64,000 nt of DNA from Clostridia bacterium (lineage in GTDB: Bacteria; Bacillota; Clostridia; Peptostreptococcales; Anaerovoracaceae), in NCBI GenBank assembly GCA_024403185.1, contig JAKSSG010000002.1, forward strand, positions 2,724 to 66,723, read 5' to 3'. The notes below the pieces were generated by a model, which was not told where the DNA came from, did not search any database, and saw only the letters and a list, made by a program, of their open reading frames with translations. A program made the translations under genes and the position numbers. This document shows, piece after piece, positions 29,362 through 38,662 of the stretch (position 1 is the stretch's first letter; each line of letters begins with the position of its first letter).

Positions 29362-30288
29362 CTATCTCCTTACGTTTGCTATGTAAACACTGATCAGTAT
29401 TGCTATGGCCCCGATTATCTGCTGAATCGTAAAGGCCTCATGGAGGAAGATCACTCCCGCCAGAATAGATATTACAGTAGTCAGATTGGCAAACAGAGTT
29501 GCCTCTGAAACGCTGACATAATTGTTGCCCCAGTTCTGGAATATGAAGGCCGCCACCGATGAAATCACTGCCAGATAAATGACCGCGATTACAAATGTGC
29601 CGCTACCAAGAGGTTCCAGAATAAAGCCCCGGTTGCCTTTGCACTGTACAAGTGCAACAGCAATGAATACTGCGCTTGCGCCGGCAAACATGATGTATGT
29701 TCGCTCAATTGCATTGTAGTGTTCCGCCGATTTCTTGCTGAAAACGTAGAACAGAGCTCCGAAGCACACAGCTCCCCCAAGGAACAGCACCCCGATAATC
29801 GAGGATTTCATTCCCTGGGCACCGAGAGTCGTAACTATGACTCCCGCAACCGAAACGAAAGCGCACACAATCTGCTTCTTCCTGATTTCCGAATGCATGA
29901 GAATCTTGTCGAATACTATTCCCATGATTGGAATGATTGAAATAATCGTGCCCGAAAAAGCCGATGATGTATAAAAGATTCCATAGGTTTCACAGAAAAA
30001 ATACAGAACAGGCTGGAATAGAGCAAGCAAAAGCACGTTCTTCAGCGGTTTCCCCTTCAGAGAGAACTCAACCAGCGGATTTCCGTCCTTTTTCCTTATG
30101 TTCCTGCCGATGAGCACTAGAATGTTCATTACTGCAAAGGCAACCAGGAACCTGTATGCCACCAGCACTGCCGGAATTGTGATGTTAAGGGCCAGGCGTG
30201 AAAACAGAAAACTGAATCCGAAGATAACGTTTCCGGCTGCCACCGCAAGGAGCCCTTTACTGTGAATATTCATCTGCTTTCCTTTCAA
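29362..30288 (-). CDS. DMT/EamA family transporter
   Basis: about 10 hydrophobic segments in two EamA-like repeats; start could be ATG 30273. Confidence 0.88.
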   Translation of the reverse strand: MKGKQMNIHSKGLLAVAAGNVIFGFSFLFSRLALNITIPAVLVAYRFLVAFAVMNILVLIGRNIRKKDGNPLVEFSLKGKPLKNVLLLALFQPVLYFFCETYGIFYTSSAFSGTIISIIPIMGIVFDKILMHSEIRKKQIVCAFVSVAGVIVTTLGAQGMKSSIIGVLFLGGAVCFGALFYVFSKKSAEHYNAIERTYIMFAGASAVFIAVALVQCKGNRGFILEPLGSGTFVIAVIYLAVISSVAAFIFQNWGNNYVSVSEATLFANLTTVISILAGVIFLHEAFTIQQIIGAIAILISVYIANVRR

Positions 30289-30384
30289 AATAATCTACCT
30301 TGTAATTATCTCATTCATAATTCACCTGGTCAACATATTATGGTCCTTTTTTGTGGTATAATATGTAGCAAGTGAGGTAAAAGA

Positions 30385-31122
30385 ATGAATATCAGAGATT
30401 ACATTGTACAGAAGAAAAAGGAAATACTTGTTGGCCGACTGACGTCGGATAAATTCCAGGATTTCTTTGAAAAAAACGAAAATCAGCTCCAGACAATGCT
30501 CACCTATTACGAGTGTGCAATAATGCAGATTGAAACAAAATTCAATGTGCTGAATCAGGAGTTTTCACTTTCAAGAGAATACAGCCCGATTGAAACAATA
30601 AAATCCAGGCTGAAGACCATGGACAGCCTTATCGAAAAGGTTAACCGTTACGAAATTCCCCTTTCCGTTGAGTCCATCGAGAGAAACATTGAGGACATTG
30701 CGGGAATACGTGTAATATGCGGATTTCCTGAAGACATTTACACGGTTGCAGACTGCTTCCTTCAGCAGGATGACGTCACTCTGGTCGACTGCAAGGATTA
30801 CATCAGAAACCCCAAGGAAAACGGATACAGAAGTCTCCATCTCATCGTTACTGTTCCGATCTTCCTGGAGCACGAGAAGCGCGACATGAAGGTTGAAGTC
30901 CAGCTCAGGACAATTGCCATGGATTTCTGGGCGAGTCTGGAGCACAAGCTAAAATACAAAAAGGAGCTTCCTCCGGAATTAAACGACCGGCTCGTCGGCG
31001 AGCTTACCGAATGTGCCACCATCAGCGCAGATCTGGACATGCGAATGCAGAGCATCAGACGCCAGCTGGCCGGCTCACAGTCGGAAATTGATGAGGCTGT
31101 TGATTCACTCGAATGGATGTAA
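30385..31122 (+). CDS. small alarmone synthetase, RelP/RelQ-type GTP pyrophosphokinase
   Basis: SRLKT..S..EK, DIAGIR, PKENGYRSLH, EVQLRTIAMDFWASLEHKLKYK. Confidence 0.93.
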   Translation: MNIRDYIVQKKKEILVGRLTSDKFQDFFEKNENQLQTMLTYYECAIMQIETKFNVLNQEFSLSREYSPIETIKSRLKTMDSLIEKVNRYEIPLSVESIERNIEDIAGIRVICGFPEDIYTVADCFLQQDDVTLVDCKDYIRNPKENGYRSLHLIVTVPIFLEHEKRDMKVEVQLRTIAMDFWASLEHKLKYKKELPPELNDRLVGELTECATISADLDMRMQSIRRQLAGSQSEIDEAVDSLEWM

Positions 31123-31125
31123 GCT

Positions 31126-31305
31126 GGAGAAACTGACTTAAATTTTCGCAGACACAGCAACAACTGCAAACGAAACGAATAAGTGAATACAAAAAACTGC
31201 CAATGTCTGAGGGAGCAATTCCCGAGTTTTAGCAGTTTTTTAGTATTCACTATGAGTGAGTTTATTCAGTTGTCTGTGTCGAGGACTATTTAAGTCAGTC
31301 TCTCC
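31126..31305. repeat. 180-bp imperfect inverted repeat between convergent genes
   Basis: left arm GGAGAAACTGACTTAAAT..GACACAG..CAACTG..AGTGAATAC.AAAAACTGC pairs with the right arm; apical loop near 31215. Confidence 0.85.
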
Positions 31306-31314
31306 CGCTCACTG

Positions 31315-32817
31315 CTATTCGGTATCGCCTGTAGCCTTGTCATAGATTGCTGTAACGGCTTCGCCAGGAGCCTTTGTTGCCAGAGTAACGATGATTGCAA
31401 CGATTCCGCCAACTACGAATCCAGGGAAGAGTTCGTATACGCCTGTTGATGAGAGGCAGAAAAGCCAGATGATATCCATTGCTGCACCTGCGATTACGCC
31501 GGCACATGCGCCCGCATAGTTGAACCTTCTCCAGAAGAGTGAAAGTATTACTACCGGTCCGAATGCCGATCCGAAGATGCCCCATGCATTTTCTACCATG
31601 TTCATGATTGCCTGTGCTCCGGAACCGCCTGATGATGCGATCATGTATGCTACTATTGCCAGCACAACTACTGCAATTCTTCCAACCCAGAGGGTTTCCT
31701 TCTCACTTGCGTTCTTTCTGATAAGCGGCTTGTACATGTCAGCAGTGAATGAGCTTGATGCTACCAGCAGCTGTGAGTCGGCAGTTGATACTGATGCAGC
31801 CATGATTGCTGCAAGCAGGAACCCTGCGATTGCCGGCGGGAAGAACCTTCTTGCCATTACGATGAATACAGTTTTCTGTGCTCCTACAGTCAGCAGTTCT
31901 TCTGCAACGAACATTCTTGCGTAGTATGCAACCAGACATGCTCCGCCGATTGACAGTACAACCCATATGATGGCAACCCATGCTGATTTCTTAACCATTG
32001 ACGGTTTCTCAATCGACATGAATCTTACGATAATGTGTGGCATTCCGAAGTATCCGAGACCCCATGCCAGACCTGAAACGATATCCTGCCATGATGCTCC
32101 GAAGAGGCTTTCTCCGAATACGCACTGTACGATTGATCCGTCAGCATCGGTGTATTCATATACATTTGAAAGCAGGCTTGTGTCCACATTCTGTGTTGCA
32201 ACTACGATGATTGGAATTGCCAGAAGTGCAATCAGCATCAGAATTCCCTGGAAGAAGTCTGTCCAGCAAACTGCCTTGAAGCCGCCCAGGAATGTATATC
32301 CTACAATGATAAGTGCAAATACAAGCATTGCAGTGCCCGGCTTGATTCCCGGGAAGAGCATTGTGAATACGGATGTTCCTGCTACGAAAGCGGATGCAAC
32401 GTATACCGTAAATGCAATCAGGAAGATTACAGCGCAGATTACCTGCAGGACTTTGCTTGATGTTGCAAATCTGTTTGTCAGATACTGAGGCAGCGTGATT
32501 GAGTCATTTGAAGCCTCACTGAACTTTCTCAGTCTCTTTGCACAGAAGATCCAGTTTGCTGCAGTTCCCAGTGCCAGACCGATTCCGATCCATACCTGTC
32601 CGAAACCGAAAGCCAGAATTGATCCCGGCAGTCCCATGAGCAGCCATGCGGACATGTCGGATGCCTGTGCGGACATAGCAGTAACCCAAGGTCCCATCTG
32701 TCTGCCGCCAAGGAAGTAGTCCTTCTGGTTTTTATTGCTTCCGTTGAAGTAGAAAACGAGTGCTACTCCAAGGAGAATTACGAAATAACCTATAAATACA
32801 ATAATTTCAGCGTTCAT
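31315..32817 (-). CDS. putP: sodium/proline symporter
   Basis: YFLGGR, SAQASDMSAWLLMGLPG, WGLGYFGMPHIIVRFM, STADSQLL. Confidence 0.92.
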   Translation of the reverse strand: MNAEIIVFIGYFVILLGVALVFYFNGSNKNQKDYFLGGRQMGPWVTAMSAQASDMSAWLLMGLPGSILAFGFGQVWIGIGLALGTAANWIFCAKRLRKFSEASNDSITLPQYLTNRFATSSKVLQVICAVIFLIAFTVYVASAFVAGTSVFTMLFPGIKPGTAMLVFALIIVGYTFLGGFKAVCWTDFFQGILMLIALLAIPIIVVATQNVDTSLLSNVYEYTDADGSIVQCVFGESLFGASWQDIVSGLAWGLGYFGMPHIIVRFMSIEKPSMVKKSAWVAIIWVVLSIGGACLVAYYARMFVAEELLTVGAQKTVFIVMARRFFPPAIAGFLLAAIMAASVSTADSQLLVASSSFTADMYKPLIRKNASEKETLWVGRIAVVVLAIVAYMIASSGGSGAQAIMNMVENAWGIFGSAFGPVVILSLFWRRFNYAGACAGVIAGAAMDIIWLFCLSSTGVYELFPGFVVGGIVAIIVTLATKAPGEAVTAIYDKATGDTE

Positions 32818-32931
32818 AATTAATCGCCCTTTCTATAAATTCTGTAACGAGTATAACAGAACGAATAGAAGAATAAAATACCAACCATATTCTATAATTA
32901 TTATACTATTTTATATAAATAATTAGAAAAT

Positions 32932-32949
32932 ATGTTGAAATTTCAACAT
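32932..32949. promoter_or_regulatory. perfect 18-bp palindrome, candidate TetR operator
   Basis: ATGTTGAAATTTCAACAT in the divergent putP/tetR intergenic region. Confidence 0.55.
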
Positions 32950-33010
32950 TTATGAAGTAGACTAAAGCATGAACTGAAATTTATACCAACAAAAAAATGA
33001 GGTAATTTTC

Positions 33011-33592
33011 ATGAAAAAAGTAACAAATCAGACAAAAGGCCGTATCGTTTCCGCCGCATGGAAGCTGTTTTACCAGTACGGCTACAGCAATACGACCATT
33101 GATGACATTGTGGAACTATCCGGCACATCCAAGGGTTCCTTCTATCACTATTTCGGTTCCAAGGATGACCTTCTGGGTTCCCTTTCCTATCTCTTCGATG
33201 AAAAATACGAAGAGCTCATGGAAACAATGGACCCGAAGCTGTCTCCTATCGAAAAGCTCATTAAGATGAATCAGGAGCTCTTCCTCATGATAGAAAATAC
33301 CGTATCAGTTTCAATGCTTTCACAGCTCTTCGGCTCACAGCTTACAACAAAGGGTGAAAAGCACCTGCTGGATCCTGACAGAACATATTACAAGCTTCTG
33401 AGACAGATTGCCGTTGAAGGCCAGCAGCAGAAGCTGTTCAGAGATGATCTGTCAGTCAACGACATTACCAAGGCATATGCCCTCTTCGAGCGCGCCATGA
33501 TGTATGACTGGTGCATTTCCAGCGGAAATTATTCCCTCTGTCAGTATTCAGAAAAAATGCTGCCTCTGTTTCTTGACGGACTTACAGCCTAG
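33011..33592 (+). CDS. TetR/AcrR family transcriptional regulator
   Basis: GYSNTTIDDIVELSGTSKGSFYHYFGSK helix-turn-helix. Confidence 0.93.
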   Translation: MKKVTNQTKGRIVSAAWKLFYQYGYSNTTIDDIVELSGTSKGSFYHYFGSKDDLLGSLSYLFDEKYEELMETMDPKLSPIEKLIKMNQELFLMIENTVSVSMLSQLFGSQLTTKGEKHLLDPDRTYYKLLRQIAVEGQQQKLFRDDLSVNDITKAYALFERAMMYDWCISSGNYSLCQYSEKMLPLFLDGLTA

Positions 33593-34449
33593 CGATAGGA
33601 GGCCGCTTTTCTGAGCGCACCCCTTGTCGTGCTGTAGGAGTACACCGCATTGGAAAGCATGTCGCTCTCTCTTGTAATGTTGGTATTTCCTTCTGCAAGC
33701 ATCATGATAAGCTGCTCCAGGTTGGCATTCTTCTCCGGTATGGCGAAAAACTGATGAATGGAGCTTGGAAGCACATAGAAATTCTCATCCCCTACAGTTC
33801 GTCCCACATCCTTCATGAAATCCTCATAGATCATCGTGGCCGCCCCGAACATGTTTCCTCTGTTTGATACAACGTAAACGTCATCTTCAAGCTGTTCTAT
33901 GGTAGGCGGAAATATTCTTCTGGAGTTTTCAACAGCCAGGTCGTAAAGTTCCTGTTTCGTAAGGCCCATGTCCTCAAGTATACTGTTGTTCACAATAACT
34001 GAATCAAAGCCATCCCCTATCCATCTCATTATCATCCTGAAAATCAGCGACATGTTCAGTATCTCAATGTGAGGAATGTCACTCAGCAGTTCCTCATTTG
34101 ATTCCGTATTTATCAGACTGACAATAACGCTGTCTTTTTTTGATGCAAAATCAACATTGAGCTCCTCCTGACTGATGCTTCCCGTATAACTTACAAAAAT
34201 ACCTGCAACAAAGGACAGCATTTCATCCATGTCCTCATCAATGCTGAAGATTTCGTACATGTCATCCAGATAAACTATTGGCAGTGCCATTGATGTACCG
34301 CTTTCAGCCGGTTTTAGAATGAGTGCATCCTTTTTCACGTTTACCTTCTGAACGCTTTCAACCTCCGGAGAGAAGTTCGAGAATATTGGCGGCATGAAAT
34401 CCATTATGCGTTCAGTAACAATCTGCTTAAACAATTCATATTTCATCAT
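33589..34449 (-). CDS. DUF5688-like hypothetical protein
   Basis: LINTESNEELLSDIPH, GAATMIY, FYVLPSSIH, LSNAVYSY pattern. Confidence 0.7.
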   Translation of the reverse strand: MMKYELFKQIVTERIMDFMPPIFSNFSPEVESVQKVNVKKDALILKPAESGTSMALPIVYLDDMYEIFSIDEDMDEMLSFVAGIFVSYTGSISQEELNVDFASKKDSVIVSLINTESNEELLSDIPHIEILNMSLIFRMIMRWIGDGFDSVIVNNSILEDMGLTKQELYDLAVENSRRIFPPTIEQLEDDVYVVSNRGNMFGAATMIYEDFMKDVGRTVGDENFYVLPSSIHQFFAIPEKNANLEQLIMMLAEGNTNITRESDMLSNAVYSYSTTRGALRKAASYR

Positions 34450-34548
34450 AAAAACCCCTTTTAGTGATATGGAAATAATTTACATTAGAAACATACCACG
34501 CCAAAGGGGCTAATGTCAATATTTTACTGTTATTTTTTGCCAATTATT

Positions 34549-35244
34549 TCAGATGTACATCGCGGGTGCTGCAGTATAGAGCCACATTGCGCCCCAGTAA
34601 AGCACCAGCAGTACTGCGCCTGCCCATGGCACATCCTTTTTCCAGAAGAGCTTCATTGTAAGCACCAGATCCGAAAGAAGGAATACTATTGCGCCCACTC
34701 CCAAAAGAACAGCAACCGGGTTATCATTGCATGTAATAATCAACTGCAGTCCCAGACCTGCCGACAGACCTACGAAGAATGCATATATTGAACACGGAAC
34801 TGCGTTCTTCCCGAAATCATAGTCGTCGCTTTTCGTAAAGAAAATTGTTCCGCCCAGAACCAGCAGGGCCGCGATTGCCGGCCAGCTTACGTGCCAGTCC
34901 ATCATGGACAGGAACACAATGCACAGTACAACCTGAGCCGCGCAGAATGAAAACACGCCGATTACAAACTGGGGATTCTTAAGCCTGTTGTCAATTTCAT
35001 GTCCAAGTGCCAGAAACAGATCTCCGAAAAAGCAGAGGATGTATGCCGGAAGAAGCATAAAGAACATCCAGCTTCCCGACAATGCAAAGGCAACGACTGC
35101 AATGACCAGAAACAGTATTGAAGTAATGCACTTCATTATCGTGTATTTTACCTGAGGATCGTTTTCAGGACTGTTTCTGTATTCAATTACTATGGTGACT
35201 GCTGCGCATATTACATACAGCACCGTTACTAGCCAGATAATCAT
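34549..35244 (-). CDS. YhhN/lysoplasmalogenase family membrane protein
   Basis: GDLFL, FLLSDLVL and multiple TM helices. Confidence 0.75.
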   Translation of the reverse strand: MIIWLVTVLYVICAAVTIVIEYRNSPENDPQVKYTIMKCITSILFLVIAVVAFALSGSWMFFMLLPAYILCFFGDLFLALGHEIDNRLKNPQFVIGVFSFCAAQVVLCIVFLSMMDWHVSWPAIAALLVLGGTIFFTKSDDYDFGKNAVPCSIYAFFVGLSAGLGLQLIITCNDNPVAVLLGVGAIVFLLSDLVLTMKLFWKKDVPWAGAVLLVLYWGAMWLYTAAPAMYI

Positions 35245-35259
35245 ATTTTTTCTCCATTG

Positions 35260-35294
35260 AAAAATCCGAGTCCGCGAAATGCAGACCCGGATTC
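35260..35294 (-). terminator. terminator after tsf
   Basis: ATCCGAGTC/GACCCGGAT stem with T run on the minus strand. Confidence 0.6.
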
Positions 35295-35303
35295 AGTTAA
35301 TGC

Positions 35304-36395
35304 TTATTTATTCAGCTGTGCAGCTACTTCTGCAGCAAAGTCTTCTTCCTTCTTTTCGATTCCTTCGCCTACTTCGTATCTTACAACCTTAGCCAGGTTC
35401 AGTCCCTTGTCTACTGATTCCAGATACTTTGAAACAGTCTGCTTTCCGTCTTCAGCTCTTACATAAGTCTGATCCAGCAGGCAGATTTCCTTCAGCTGCT
35501 TTGAGATACGTCCATCAACCAGACCCTTGAAGATCTTGTTGTCTGAAATCTCAGCCTTTGCAGCAACTGCCAGCTCAGCCAGCTTAGCCTTGCCTTCTTC
35601 TGAAATGAAGTTTGGCAGGTAGTTGAAGTTGAAGCTCTTGTCTTCTCTCTTCTCAGTCAGGATAGCTGTATCTTCTTCGCCCCATACGCCTGCTGCAGCC
35701 TTGTCGAGCAGTTCGTTCAGGATTGGCTTTGGAAGTGTGAACGGATCGTTCAGTGCGCTTTCCAGAGTAACCTTCTTGATATTAGCCAGTTCGTCTTCTG
35801 AGATTTCATCTCTGCTTACGTACTGAGGGTTCATTGCTGCAACCTGCATTGCAATGTTGTTCAGTGCTTCCTTGTTGGCATCGTTAGCGTCTCCGCTTGC
35901 TGCCAGGATAACGCCGATCTTTCCACCCATGTGGATGTATGAAGCAAGTGCATCACCTGCAACCTTTTCAATTCTTCTGATTGACATGTTTTCGCCAATC
36001 TTTGCGATCAGTGCTGTGAGTGCTTCGCCAACCGTTGAACCTTCGAAAGGCATAGCCTTGAAAGCTTCCATGTCTGTGCTTTCTGCATCCAGAGCCAGCT
36101 TTGCAAGTCCTTCTACGAAGTTGATGAATTCTTCATTCTTAGCAACGAAGTCAGTTTCTGAGTTAACTTCTACGATTGCAGCTGTCTTTCCGTCTTCTGA
36201 GAAAGCAGTCTTTACAAGACCCATTGCAGCGATTCTTCCGGCCTTCTTAGCAGCCTTTGACAGTCCCTTTTCCTTCAGAACTTCAACAGCAGCATCGATG
36301 TCGCCGTCTGTTTCAACCAGAGCCTTCTTGCAGTCCATCATGCCTGCGCCTGTCATTTCACGCAGTTCTTTTACCATCTGAGCAGTTACAGCCAT
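35304..36395 (-). CDS. tsf: elongation factor Ts (with internal insertion)
   Basis: VKELREMTGAGMMDCKKAL, EVNSETDFVAKN, KIGEN. Confidence 0.97.
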   Translation of the reverse strand: MAVTAQMVKELREMTGAGMMDCKKALVETDGDIDAAVEVLKEKGLSKAAKKAGRIAAMGLVKTAFSEDGKTAAIVEVNSETDFVAKNEEFINFVEGLAKLALDAESTDMEAFKAMPFEGSTVGEALTALIAKIGENMSIRRIEKVAGDALASYIHMGGKIGVILAASGDANDANKEALNNIAMQVAAMNPQYVSRDEISEDELANIKKVTLESALNDPFTLPKPILNELLDKAAAGVWGEEDTAILTEKREDKSFNFNYLPNFISEEGKAKLAELAVAAKAEISDNKIFKGLVDGRISKQLKEICLLDQTYVRAEDGKQTVSKYLESVDKGLNLAKVVRYEVGEGIEKKEEDFAAEVAAQLNK

Positions 36396-37156
36396 TATTC
36401 TTCCTCCTTAACTTCTTCTTCAACAGGAGCTTCTTCTGCAGGTGCTTCTGCAGGTTCGCTTTCGTCAAAGCTTTCGCCCTGCTTTGCTTCGATAACAGCA
36501 TCTGCCATGCAGCCGGCAATCAGCTTTACGGCTCTGATAGCGTCATCGTTTGCAGGAATAATGTAGTCAACGTCATCAGGATCGCAGTTTGTGTCAACGA
36601 TTCCGATTACAGGGATTCCCAGTGTCTTTGCTTCAGCAACGGCAATCTTTTCCTTCTTAGGGTCTACTATGAAGATTGCTCCAGGCATGCCCTTCATTTC
36701 CTTGATTCCGCCAAGGTTCTTGTCCAGCTTGTCGTGCTCAGCTCTCAGCTTGAGTACTTCCTTCTTTGACAGCTTTTCGAATGTGCCGTCTTCTTCCATT
36801 GCTTCGATGTCGTAGATTCTTCTGATTCTCTGTGAGATAGTCTTGTAGTTTGTGAGCATTCCACCCAGCCATCTCTGGTTTACGAAGTACATGTCGCATC
36901 TCTTTGCTTCATCTTCGATTGCAGCCTGAGCCTGCTTCTTTGTTCCTACGAACAGTACAGGTCTTCCTGTTGCTGCAACTTCCTTCATGAAGTCGTATGC
37001 TTCGTCGATCTTCTTTACTGTCTTCTGCAGGTCGATGATGTAGATTCCGTTTCTTTCAGTGAAGATGTAAGGAGCCATCTTAGGGTTCCATCTTCTTGTC
37101 TGGTGTCCGAAATGAACGCCTGCTTCGAGTAACTGTTTCATTGAAATTACTGACAT
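36395..37156 (-). CDS. rpsB: 30S ribosomal protein S2
   Basis: [19 protein letters not shown]; real start is ATG 37156. Confidence 0.98.
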   Translation of the reverse strand: MSVISMKQLLEAGVHFGHQTRRWNPKMAPYIFTERNGIYIIDLQKTVKKIDEAYDFMKEVAATGRPVLFVGTKKQAQAAIEDEAKRCDMYFVNQRWLGGMLTNYKTISQRIRRIYDIEAMEEDGTFEKLSKKEVLKLRAEHDKLDKNLGGIKEMKGMPGAIFIVDPKKEKIAVAEAKTLGIPVIGIVDTNCDPDDVDYIIPANDDAIRAVKLIAGCMADAVIEAKQGESFDESEPAEAPAEEAPVEEEVKEEE

Positions 37157-37164
37157 TTTTTTCT

Positions 37165-37312
37165 TTTCTCCTCTCGGTTTTTCGTCCTTCCACGATGGCC
37201 CACGGGAAGCAACCTCGTGCACGCTCTGCAGTACTTGTTTTACCGCCTTCTGCGCGACAGCCAGATCAGTGGCCGTTAAGGCACCGGCCTCCTTTAAAAC
37301 CGTCGTGTGTAA
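37165..37312 (-). promoter_or_regulatory. rpsB (S2/t44-like) leader RNA
   Basis: minus strand ACACACG...GGTGC...GAAAAACC upstream of rpsB, downstream of a TTGCAA-17-TATATT promoter. Confidence 0.65.
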
Positions 37313-37370
37313 AATATTATTTTTCAGCGCCGTAAACAAGACGACACCAACTAGCAATATACTACAAATT

Positions 37371-37709
37371 TCAACGGTTTGCAAGTTTTTTTGCAATATA
37401 ATTATCATAGCATTTCTTGGTCCGTTCCAGGCATTCCCTGCAGAACCTGACCGAGCATCCCGTATGCATTCTGACGGTGTATTTATCCATCCCGCTGATG
37501 TAGTCCATGTTCAGAATGAAGCTCCTGTGAGGATTGATAAAACGCCCGTCAAGAAGAGGCAGAATTTCGTCATATTTTCCGTAGAATGACCTCTCCTCTC
37601 CTGTAGTATGAACAATAACTTTTCTCCTGTCCTTCTCCATGTAGACAATTTCGCTGAATGGAATAGCGTATCTGTGGCTACCGGACTTAACATTTAATAC
37701 CTTTTTCAT
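37371..37709 (-). CDS. stand-alone LytTR DNA-binding domain protein
   Basis: [25 protein letters not shown]. Confidence 0.88.
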   Translation of the reverse strand: MKKVLNVKSGSHRYAIPFSEIVYMEKDRRKVIVHTTGEERSFYGKYDEILPLLDGRFINPHRSFILNMDYISGMDKYTVRMHTGCSVRFCRECLERTKKCYDNYIAKKLANR

Positions 37710-37726
37710 TGCGAAACCTCCAAATT

Positions 37727-37768
37727 AAAATCCCGTTATGTGAATATTGTTTCACATAACGGGAAAAT
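37727..37768 (-). terminator. terminator-like hairpin after rpoZ
   Basis: 14-bp stem TCCCGTTATGTGAA/TTCACATAACGGGA. Confidence 0.7.
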
Positions 37769-37822
37769 AATCTGTATCAGATTCCGCACTTTTTGTGCGG
37801 ATTTCGCACATTTGCCTATGGA

Positions 37823-38014
37823 TTAGCCTTCTCTGTAGGTAATCAGGTCTTCGGCAATTTCATTTGCGGCGATTGAAACCGGCTTACTTACTTCTTCTTC
37901 CGTAAGCTTAGGCATTCCGTCAATGATGTCTCTTGATCTCTTTGCTGCGAGAATAACCAGAGTGTATCTGCTGTCTGCCTTTGTTCTTATTTTGTTGATG
38001 GATGGATATAACAT
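37823..38014 (-). CDS. rpoZ: RNA polymerase omega subunit
   Basis: MLYPSI...SRYTLVILAAKRSR...KPVSIAANEI. Confidence 0.95.
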   Translation of the reverse strand: MLYPSINKIRTKADSRYTLVILAAKRSRDIIDGMPKLTEEEVSKPVSIAANEIAEDLITYREG

Positions 38015-38017
38015 TGT

Positions 38018-38587
38018 TTAAGCCTCCTTGCTTCTTTCTATCTTCATTATCTGCTGCACTTCCTCAACTGCAGCCTCGAGATTTTCGTTTACAACCCTGT
38101 AGTCATATTTGTCCGCCTGAGCCAGATCGTTCATCGCTTCATCAAGGCGTTTGTTCATGGTCTCTTCCGTTTCCGAGCCTCTGCCCATTATTCTGGCTCT
38201 CAGTTCCTCTACGGACGGCGGCAGGATAAACACGAGGACAGCTTCGGGATAGGCATCTCTGACCTGGAAAGCACCATGGTAGTCAATTTCAAGTATCACA
38301 TCATGGCCTTCCTCAAGCCACTGGACGACCTGCTTTCTTGGTGTTCCATAGTAATTGTCCACATAGAGATTATGCTCCAGAAGTCCGCCTTCGGCCAGAA
38401 GTCTCTCGAATTCCTCCTTCGTCACAAAGAAGTAATCCACAGCATCCTCTTCGCCCTCACGCGGCTCTCTGGTAGTCATGGAAACAGAAAATCTGATATT
38501 GTCGTCTTCTTCAAGAACCTTCTTGCATATGGTTCCCTTGCCGGCGCCCGATGGGCCGGATATTACATACAGTTTTCCTTTTGTCAT
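38018..38587 (-). CDS. gmk: guanylate kinase
   Basis: SGPSGAGKGT, TTREPREGE, YYGT. Confidence 0.97.
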   Translation of the reverse strand: MTKGKLYVISGPSGAGKGTICKKVLEEDDNIRFSVSMTTREPREGEEDAVDYFFVTKEEFERLLAEGGLLEHNLYVDNYYGTPRKQVVQWLEEGHDVILEIDYHGAFQVRDAYPEAVLVFILPPSVEELRARIMGRGSETEETMNKRLDEAMNDLAQADKYDYRVVNENLEAAVEEVQQIMKIERSKEA

Positions 38588-38662
38588 GACTTCTCCCGCT
38601 GTTTTCGATTTCAGTTTATCGAGTAGGTATTATAGCATAAAATTCCATTTGCGTATAGCGTT

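Noticed and set aside
37157-37408. 84-aa N-terminal extension of RpsB in the ORF track
   Set aside because: The region is the rpsB promoter and leader RNA; the conserved start MSVISMK has its own RBS
38588-38662. remA (ylzA) expected between yloC and gmk
   Set aside because: The gap is only 75 nt and contains a TGCTATAAT-type promoter element; simple gene absence, not a hidden ORF
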